A stretch of DNA of 64,000 nucleotides, taken from an uncultured virus (IMG/VR IMGVR_UViG_3300032323_004022). Taxonomy: Duplodnaviria; Heunggongvirae; Uroviricota; Caudoviricetes. Position numbers and translations under genes: made by a program. The notes beneath the pieces are model-generated. The model did no database searches, was not told the origin of the DNA, and saw only the letters and a list, made by a program, of their open reading frames with translations. Shown in pieces: positions 22,200-32,000 of the stretch (positions are counted from its first letter, which is position 1; each line of letters starts with the position of its first letter). The stretch is taken from the IMG/VR virus record IMGVR_UViG_3300032323_004022; one strand, written 5' to 3'.

Positions 22200-25100
22200 T
22201 AACTACGGGTTTTTCGATCCTAAATATTGGAATGAAGCACTAAATAATAACACTTCAATAGGATACGAAATTGAGGATGAGACAACAGATATTTTTGTTA
22301 AGTCTGAATTCTATCCTAATGCCAGTGTTATTTATGATACTGTCCCACCTAAAGGCATTTTGATATTAAACAGAAAAGCTGATGATGTAGACCCTGGCAT
22401 TAAAGTTCATTATTTTTCTGGAACTGGTTATTCTTCAATTACAACAGAATATACTGACACAACATCTTCATATTCATTTTCCCAAACTATAAATGCTTTC
22501 AAGATTGTTTCTGACAAAGATCAAAACATATCAACTATTTTTCTCAAGTTAAAAAAATCCGGAAGTATTGTAAACCTTGGTGATAGAATTAATGTTGCAA
22601 TTTACACCCATGATGTAACTAATGATGTTCCTTCTACTCTTTTAGGTTCTTTTGCCAGTATTCAATTCAATGATTTAACCACATCTTTTGAGTCGTATTC
22701 ATTCTCAAATACAGGATTGACTTTAGCTGTTGATACTACATATTGGATTCATATCACTTTAGATAATCTTCCAATGCCTACTGTTGGATCTGCTACTATT
22801 GATATTGCAAATTTTACCAATAATGATTCTGAATTTGCTTATTACGATTCAGATAACTTAACTTGGATTAGAATAGCAAATACTTCTCCATATTATAAAA
22901 TTACAGCATTTAATACAGCGTCAGCAGAATTATCTTCAAAAGATTACTTGCTTGACATATTTGAAGTCCCATTAAAAGAAGTATCTGTTTATGGTGGTAG
23001 TTCGGATCTTTCTAAATTTGAAGTGATAGGTAATGATCAAACAAATTACGTTTACAAAAAGTTTGATCCAGTTTATGAAGATCTTACAGATTCAGCAAAT
23101 AATATCTATCCGACAGTTACCAATTTAATTGTTGGAGCTACTGCAAAAAATACTAAAACTTACAAATTACAAGTTAAGAGAACTAAAATATCAGATTGGG
23201 AAGATATTGTTGAAAATATTGCAGACCCAGAAACAACTGATTACCTAAGCTTTACTTTTACCACTCCATTGTCTCTTTATGCTGCTAGAATTGCGTATCA
23301 TGGAGATTACTTCACTATTGATCAAAGAGGCGACATAACTCTTGCTGCTTATGATCAATATTCTGATGTTGTTTCAGCACAAATTTCTAGATTTTCAGAC
23401 TTCAGAGATGCCACTTCTTTCCCAAATGCAGATTCTAAAGGTTTTATAGATTTTTCTACTGGTGAAACAACTTATACTAACATTGATCTTACCAACGCTG
23501 CTTATTTATGGTCGAAAAAGACTGGAAATGCTGCATCTGAAATAACTGCTATCTCTGCATTCAATGACAAGATATTAATTGCAGCAAACCATAAAATGTT
23601 TGTTTATAAGAGTGGAGAAGTTTACGAAATATTAAACGAATCTCTTTTAGGTGAAAAATATCAAATAACTTGCATCCACGTATTTAATGGAAGAGCTTAT
23701 GCAGGAAGTAATTATGGTCTAGTCTTTACTTCTTTCAATGGTGAATTTTGGAGCATATTAAACGCAAAAGATCCACTTTCTACCACAAATTACAAGTTAT
23801 TAAAGCCTATCGTTTCTATGACTTCTTTGGGAAATAATCTTTTCCTGGGATCTACTAAAGGCGCAACTAGTGCTTCTTCAGTCTATCAATACAATGGAAA
23901 AGCAATTACAGAACTTAAGACTTTCTCTTCATATGATCAAGTTTCCGCTCTTACCGCAAAAGAATTCACTTTGTATGTTGGTGTTGGAGGAGCTTATGGC
24001 AGTGGAGCTTCAGCAGTATATAAATATTACAACGCTGAATGGGTTCAAACATTATCTTCCAACTTTGACAATATAGAGTGCATTGCTAAATCATCTACTA
24101 GAAATTCTGTTTTAGTAGGATTTAGAGGCGGACAAATCTGGGAGTTATCTTTTACAAATGCAACAGCTAATTCTTGGGCTAAACTTTATGACACATATGC
24201 TGATCATATTTTCAGTATATACGATGATCCAAATAGCAATTATATTTATATTAGCACTGACAATGGAACTTATGGATATTTTAAGTCAATAAATGGTTTT
24301 AAGAAAATTGTTTCTTATTCATACAACACCAATTTACTAAACTCAACTTGGAGATCTTACACTGGTTCTGGCATCACTTGGACAGATCTTGGAGACATTG
24401 AAAGCTACAATTTTATTGTTTATAGAGGTCAAGCCCAAGCGATAAATTACACAGGTTCAATTGGTAGTTCATTCGTTCCGCCAACAGGATTTACAAATAG
24501 TTCTGTTACTTTTGAAGGTGCAGTTTTAGCTTCAAAAGACGGTGCTTTATCATTTAGAATAGACAGTAGTGTTGGATATAATTTATTTGTCAATGATACT
24601 TTGCAGATAAGTAATTACAATCAATCAACAACTTTATCAACACTTTATTCTGCAAATGCTTTCAATGTTCTTGAGGGTGATATCTTAAAAATCAAGCTGC
24701 AAACAACTAACAATGTTGGTTCTGGCACTACTTTTAAATTCTTATGGCAGAGAAATACTGGAGAAACTTTTGAGGCAGTCCCAGCTTCTCAATTTTATGG
24801 CTCGAGTAAAATTAAGTCAGTAACAGCAATTGGTAATACATTCTATGGTGCTGGTATGGACGGTAGTATTTACGAATTCACAACTACCGCATATGAAAAT
24901 AATAGTAGATACATTTATGCTAGATTTAAAGATCAAGCTGGAAACATTCAAGGTGTATCTCTACCAGCAAACTCAAGTGGATTCCCTGTTATCAGCGACA
25001 GAATGATCCAAGTGGCTAATACTGCAAACAACACAAGTTCATTCATTCAATACACAAATACTACTGTTGTTTCAAATACAAATACGACAATCAACCCTGT

Positions 25101-26037
25101 AACTGGAAATACACAAAACAACCAAACTAATAATCCGACACAAGGGCAAGTAAATGCTGGGACTGGATCGACAACAACAACGAATACTAATACTAATAAC
25201 CAGAATTTATCTACAACTAATAATTCAGGTGTTATCTATCAAATTCAAAAGAATGCTGACAACTCGCTATCTAGGAAGGGGATTTATGTTCCCCCTTCAA
25301 GAGCTTACCCAGTTTACGCTCCTGACCGTAAAATCAGAGAGTATGGCATTTATGAAGTTCAGCCAATATATGTACCAACACTTATTACTTGGACACAGAT
25401 TGTTGCCTTAATCCTTAACAAGTATCCATCCACTCCAGATACAACTTTGGATAATGGAACTCAAGTTAAGATTTATGTAAAGACTGGAAATACAAGAGCT
25501 GAATGTATAGCAGCTTCTTATGGTTATGCTCAATCATTATCAAGCATCAATGATAGTTTAGCTCCAACAACTGCACAATCTTTGGCTGTAGATCTTTCAG
25601 CATATTCTGGAAAATGGTTGCAATATAAGGTCGAACTTATTACAGCAACACCTAACATCACTCCAGAATTGTTATCATTGACTCTTTCATACACATCATC
25701 TTCAGGCAGTTACTTCTTTACCAGAATGTTTGATACTGCTAATTATGACACTGATGCTCCAATGATCAAAAGAGGTTTACTCTCTTCTAACGAATTAAAA
25801 AACAATGGTAGCATCGTGTACGGATATACAACATCTGATGACACGAATGAAACATTCAATTTTGCTAACTTCACAGTAATTGATCCGAACCAAACTTTCG
25901 AATTACCAGAAGCATCAAGCAAAATCAGATTCGGAATTTTCCTTACAAGCGTAGGATCAACTCCATCTATGGTGTATGATTTTGCCGTACAACTTGATAT
26001 AGGAGATGCTAGCATTAAATTTAATCCAACTCCGTAG
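22189..26037 (+). CDS. Large virion structural protein with beta-propeller and degenerate PA14 domain
   Basis: 1282 aa. Propeller blades ([28 protein letters not shown]). PA14-like [32 protein letters not shown]...FKFLWQ...VPASQFY. N/T-rich linker at about 25015-25225. Confidence 0.65.
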   Translation: MAYDNYGFFDPKYWNEALNNNTSIGYEIEDETTDIFVKSEFYPNASVIYDTVPPKGILILNRKADDVDPGIKVHYFSGTGYSSITTEYTDTTSSYSFSQTINAFKIVSDKDQNISTIFLKLKKSGSIVNLGDRINVAIYTHDVTNDVPSTLLGSFASIQFNDLTTSFESYSFSNTGLTLAVDTTYWIHITLDNLPMPTVGSATIDIANFTNNDSEFAYYDSDNLTWIRIANTSPYYKITAFNTASAELSSKDYLLDIFEVPLKEVSVYGGSSDLSKFEVIGNDQTNYVYKKFDPVYEDLTDSANNIYPTVTNLIVGATAKNTKTYKLQVKRTKISDWEDIVENIADPETTDYLSFTFTTPLSLYAARIAYHGDYFTIDQRGDITLAAYDQYSDVVSAQISRFSDFRDATSFPNADSKGFIDFSTGETTYTNIDLTNAAYLWSKKTGNAASEITAISAFNDKILIAANHKMFVYKSGEVYEILNESLLGEKYQITCIHVFNGRAYAGSNYGLVFTSFNGEFWSILNAKDPLSTTNYKLLKPIVSMTSLGNNLFLGSTKGATSASSVYQYNGKAITELKTFSSYDQVSALTAKEFTLYVGVGGAYGSGASAVYKYYNAEWVQTLSSNFDNIECIAKSSTRNSVLVGFRGGQIWELSFTNATANSWAKLYDTYADHIFSIYDDPNSNYIYISTDNGTYGYFKSINGFKKIVSYSYNTNLLNSTWRSYTGSGITWTDLGDIESYNFIVYRGQAQAINYTGSIGSSFVPPTGFTNSSVTFEGAVLASKDGALSFRIDSSVGYNLFVNDTLQISNYNQSTTLSTLYSANAFNVLEGDILKIKLQTTNNVGSGTTFKFLWQRNTGETFEAVPASQFYGSSKIKSVTAIGNTFYGAGMDGSIYEFTTTAYENNSRYIYARFKDQAGNIQGVSLPANSSGFPVISDRMIQVANTANNTSSFIQYTNTTVVSNTNTTINPVTGNTQNNQTNNPTQGQVNAGTGSTTTTNTNTNNQNLSTTNNSGVIYQIQKNADNSLSRKGIYVPPSRAYPVYAPDRKIREYGIYEVQPIYVPTLITWTQIVALILNKYPSTPDTTLDNGTQVKIYVKTGNTRAECIAASYGYAQSLSSINDSLAPTTAQSLAVDLSAYSGKWLQYKVELITATPNITPELLSLTLSYTSSSGSYFFTRMFDTANYDTDAPMIKRGLLSSNELKNNGSIVYGYTTSDDTNETFNFANFTVIDPNQTFELPEASSKIRFGIFLTSVGSTPSMVYDFAVQLDIGDASIKFNPTP

Positions 26038-26043
26038 GTAGTA

Positions 26044-29000
26044 ATGGCTAATCGTACATCAATTTACAAGTTTTTATATTCACAATTTGGCGATATTTGG
26101 TATCCAGGTTATGACTATGAAAATATGCTTACAGCTGAAACTAATTTTTCAGGCATATACTCTTTTTTCGGTCCTGGAATTATTAATGGCTGGGATGTAT
26201 CTAAATTAACAGACAATAGATCTGATCAAATATTACTCTTAGATGGATATAATACAAGTGCCACAAGTGAGTATGGACAGAAATTATCATTATTAAATCT
26301 TGTTTTTTCAGTATCTTGTTTAGCAGCCACCACCACAAATATCACTCTTTCTGGTGCGCAAACAATTGATGGAGTTTCTGTTGTTGCTGGTAATCTTGTA
26401 TTAGTAAAAAATCAATCCACAGCTTCACAAAATGGCATTTACACTGTATCTGCTTCAACTTGGACCAGACATTCAAGTCTTGATACTACATCTGATTATT
26501 CCGATAATTTTGTTGTTTATGTAAGTTCTGGATCAACCAATGAAAAAACACTTTGGCTTGGTGTTGTTTCATCAACAAACTTTACTCTAGGCTCATCAAA
26601 TCTTTATTTTCAAGATGCTTTTAAACAATGTATTAAAGTTAGTACAGGTGATGGCATTATTGATAAATATGCTGCCAAAACTGAAAAACCACGCTACTTT
26701 AGACAAACAATAGCAAATACTTTTTATGCCTGGGCAGAATCTGGAATTTCTACCCTGTCAGATGAAATTTGTAATATATCTTTTCCATCAATTCCAGACT
26801 CAAAATACAACACATATTCTAATGCTGTATATCTAGCCACTGTCATTTACAAAGCAGATACAACTTACACTGATTTCAATACTGTTTCAGAAATAGTCTA
26901 CGAAGAAAGAAGAAATCAAATAAATGAAACTGCTGGAGAATTTCAAAGACAGCTTCAATTATCTTATTTGAAGCATAAACATCTTGGTGAAATTAACACT
27001 GCAGCAAAGATAGATCTTAAAAATTACTTGGTGTTGACAGCTTCTTCTAATGATGGAAGTTCTAGCTATGACAATACTTCTATTTTTATATTAAAGAATG
27101 TTGATGGTACTTTATTTAACGACACCATTTCTTCTTACGGCACACCAATTGTAAAACTTGATGGAACTATTCTTTCCAGTCTTGATTACACAATAAGCGA
27201 ATCTAGTAGTCCATATAAAATTTATCTTACCCAAAGCATCAAATCAACATCTAAACTAGAAGTGTATTTGCCATATGCTGTTGACAAGACTTTAATTGCA
27301 GTAAATGCAAGCCAACAAATATTATCTACTGCCCTCACATTAAACACATACATAAAGTTAAGTGATGGAACAATTTATCAATTTACTGACGCTGCTGGTT
27401 TGACCACTGACCTTTACACATTATTCGCTTGGACAGATTTTCAATATGACACTGCTGAAGTTTACTTGGCAGAAACATTGATAGATCCAGTACACTATAC
27501 AATCAACCCAAATTCTGGTTGTATTTTACTCAAGAATACAATTCCAAATTACGCTCAATATACTTTCCTTGATTTATCTGTTGTAATCAAAGCACGTAAA
27601 ACTGAAATCAAGAATAATCTTACAAATGATTACATTAAGAATTTATCTGCCAACAGTGTATCTACAGGCAAGATATCAATAAATAATTTAAAGATCAATC
27701 ATTATAGCGAGAATAGATATAAGCAACCTTTGACTTTTACTCCAGATAAATTTTTAACCACTGGAATTGGAAAGTCATATTTATATCCTCAAAATACAAA
27801 TTCTTACATCCAATATAATGATAATATTAGCGCTTTTTATAAGAGTGTAAACATTATTACTAGTTTGAACTTGATTTATGCTGCGTCTTCTAGAGGATTG
27901 TTTAGCTTCAATTTGGGCAGCAATACAGCACAAACAACTAATTGGCAAAATGATTATGGAAAGATTTTATCGCTCCAAGATAACATAATTTATCCAACAA
28001 ATGAGAATTATTTTAAAAATGTTTATGCTTTCACTTCATTAGGAAAAGTTTATTACAACAATACAAGTAATGTTTGGGAAGATCTAAAATTACCAAGAGA
28101 TGCTAGTGGAATTGCAAAAACATTAGTTAATTTCAAGATTTCTTCTGATAAATTAGCTGACGGAACATATCAAACTTATCAATATGGTTTGACATCAGAT
28201 AAAGCTTACTATGCCATCATCCCAGACAATTCAGCATATCAAAATTGGGATTGGAATGAAATTTCAACCTTCTATAATTCTTCTGGTGTGGCTATAACAA
28301 ATATATACAATCTTTCTGCAATTGAAGAAGTATCGACACAGAAGACCACATTTGTTGCTGGCGAAACTGATGACGTTACAATTCAAAGAGTATTGTATGT
28401 TGGAGCAATTGGAACTAGTACTAAAGGTTTGTACTATGGAGATTTCAGCCAATTATCTCAAATATTTAACGAGCCAGTAAAGGGAATTTATTGGATTAAA
28501 GATGGCGCATACAAAAATAATATTATCTGGTGGAATGATTATCAGGCATTTATCACTCACACAGCAAAATATTATGAAGATGCTACAGGTAAGTATTGGT
28601 CTCTTCCATTCTCACAATCAACAACATCTTTCTCAAATGCTTTATGCGCCACTACAGAAGATATAGATCTCACCGGAACACAAACTATTGATGGTGTTGC
28701 TGTGAGTGCCGGTAATATTGTTCTTGTTAAAAATCAAACCAACAAAGCAGAAAATGGAATTTATGTTGCATCTTCTGGAAGTTGGACTAGATCTACCGAA
28801 CTTGATGTAAATGCTGAATTTATTAATTGGAAAACAGTATACGTATCAAGCGGAACTGTAAATGGCGACAGTACTTGGTATCTTGTAGTTGAAGACGCAT
28901 TTAATTTTGGCACTTCTGATGTCGTATGGGAAGTTCAAAGACTAAAGATTTATCAAAATTCAACACCTTCTGGAGCTGGTGCAAGTAGTGTCATCAATTG

Positions 29001-32000
29001 TGTTGCTCAAAGAAATTCAACAACATTCCCAACAGATTATTTCATTGGACATTCTGATGGTATTGCAAGAATACAAGAATCATCTTTAGGAACATCTGTA
29101 GCCTACTCTGAACTTTTTTGGGAGCCTGTTTTCCAAGGTTCAGCAAATGCACTTTACAGTTTTGATGACGGTAGTAATTTTGGCAAGTTATATGCTGGAA
29201 CAACTAATGGTATCTTTGTTAGCACTGAACTATTATGGCAAGATGTAAACGTATCCAGCACAGTTTCTCTCAATTATAGATGGAAGAGACCTAACGATAC
29301 ATTCTTTGAAAATGAAACAGAATTCGCAGTATTTGATAAAGACTACAATCAGATCACCAACTTTACCTTAAACTATCCTTATCAAATGGTAGCTATGGGA
29401 TCTTCTTATGTTCCTGGAGATCAAGTTTATTACGAGAAGAGTTTCAATACATTCACCACTAGCCCTTGGAATGATACACAAACAGATAGCACTAGAATTT
29501 TTACTTATATCAACAATGAGCCTAGTACTATACCATTTTATTCCAGCCCATCAGAAGGCAAAATTACTTTCACACAATCAGTATTGAAGAGTGATATTGA
29601 TAATGTAAAGATATCTGTAGTAAATGATTTCCCAACAATTTCTGACGCTGGAACAAAACCTCATTCTTCCACTTATGTGCCTTTATATAAGACTAAAAGC
29701 CCTATTGCATTACTAGCTAAACCAAACTCTAACACAGATACTAAAATTTACGTAAATCAAAGAATTAGCGATTATTCTTTGATTCAATTGAAGTCTGGAA
29801 ATAAGTATGAGATAGCAGTGGTAAAATCTGTTGACAATACTGTTTATCCTATCGAAATTACCTTATCAGTAGCAAGACTTACCAGCACAACCACTTATGA
29901 TGTTGGAGCCGAAGTTTATGGAATTAAGAATGAAATTGTATCTGGATTAGAAGATGATTTGTATCTTGCTATGTCCAACCAAACCTACAATTTAGCATCA
30001 GAAAATAATTCTAACATCCAAGAATTAGCAAGAAAGATCAAATCATTAAATTCAACTATATTTGATTTTACTGCACCATCAATTTCACAAACTGATACAA
30101 GAGGTTTGAAAAATACTTTACTAGTTGATAATTTTTCAAGTGATGCTAAATTTGATAGCTTAAATTCATCATTTAAAAATAGAACTGAACTGATTCCTAC
30201 CGCTAATGATTTTGAAAGCGATCCAATTCAAGTAAAGGGAATAGTTGGGCTTACAAAAGATGGCTCCGGAACAAGAATCATTACAGAGAAGGGTGTTTGG
30301 AAATATACTGGATATTGGGAACTTGAAAGCACATTAGATGGTGCTTTTGATTCTAGTTATATCTCACTAAATCCTAATCTAGAAATAATTGCTGGTGCTT
30401 CTAATGGTCTTTGGAAATATGATGGTTCTTGGACAAAACAAACATCATCAGCAAGGCAAAATGCTTATCTCACTGGTTTCTGGAATGGCACTTTATTTGA
30501 AGCATTTGCAACAAGTGATGGATTGAATGTTAAGTTAGGAACAACCAACTTCTTATCTGATTTCTTGAAGCTCACGACCAACAATGTAAATGGAATTTTC
30601 AAAGGCGCATATGTCAAGAACAGTTTAGGCAATGTTCAAGAATATGAGAGCTTACACGCAGCAGGAGATGATGGTTATTATGTAATGGGTAATGACACTC
30701 AATATGCATCATTCTCGTCATTCCTTGTTCCTAGAAAAATGTTTAGCGCCGGAAATCCTGAAGGTGTAAGCAAATATTATAAATCTTTCCAAGCGTATAG
30801 TATTCCTTCATCTACAAATAAAACCACCTATGCAAATCCATTATACATCCTAACAAATGATGGTATTTTGAAGGTAAGAAACTGGAAATATTCTTATCCT
30901 GACGATGTAAATTCTTCCGACTTTATTGTTGATAGTAGATTCTTGAGAGGACTACATTGTTTCTCTTATGCTATTGATACGGAAGCTGCTGTTGGAAATA
31001 CTCCTGGCAAATCCAAAATTTACATCGGAACAAATGATGGAGTTTACAGATCTTTTGATGAGGGTAATACTTTTGAAAGATCTGACTATATTGGCACACT
31101 TCCTACTTGTGTTTATGATCTTCATGTATTTTCTTCAACATTCAACTCTATCACTCAAAATGTTTTGGTGGCTTGTACTAATAATGGAATTTGGTACACA
31201 CTTGATGATGGTGATTGCTGGTATAGAACTGGTGAGAATACAACTGAAGGTTATAGCCCAGTTTTATTCTCATCCAAGCCTTCAAATGACATAAGGTTTA
31301 TTTCAAGTGATAGTGGTTCTGTTGGATATTTAGCGCAAACATTCACCACATCATCAACAGCTAGTACAATTTCAAAAGTATCTGCATTCTTGTCAATTAG
31401 AGATCAAGACAGTCTTTCAAATTCTTCTTACAATGATAGTTTAGCAAATACAACTCTCACTGCTTATGTTTATTCTGTTGATGCTAATGTAAGACCACAA
31501 ACTCAATTGGCTGCTTCTAGTCCTATAACATCTTCTAGTGTAAAAGTTGGCGGTTTTACTAGTTTCAATTTGACAAGCGCATTAGATATACCAGGGACAG
31601 GATCAACAACTTTAGCTCTTGTTATTAAAGAAACTGCAAGCTCTGTTCCTTTATTCAAGTGGAAAAAAGCATCTACAAGCAATCCATTTTCAGGATTGGG
31701 ATATTCAAGTTTAAATGCTATTAGCTGGTCTGGAATAAGCACAAGTTATGACTTCTTTTTTCAAGCACATTACGACAATGCATATGCTCCAATAGAAACT
31801 ATCGTTCCTATTGGCAATTACGATAACTCTGAAGTAAATTGGAACAGTGGTGTTGGAAGTGGTATTACGTCTGGCAATGATGGTTATTTATATCTTGAAC
31901 CAAAATTTGTTATTTCTACTGTTTTTGACAACTCTGCTTCTATGCAAATGTCATCAGGGTTTGTAAATGGTTTTAATAATCTTCTTACAAATATTCTTAA

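Noticed and set aside
25015..25225. N/T/Q-rich stretch as a DNA repeat element
   Set aside because: It is a low-complexity protein linker without a regular nucleotide period.
26310..28940. The two similar fibre modules as a DGR template/variable repeat pair
   Set aside because: Differences are not adenine-restricted, both copies are in-frame coding, and no reverse transcriptase is in the window.
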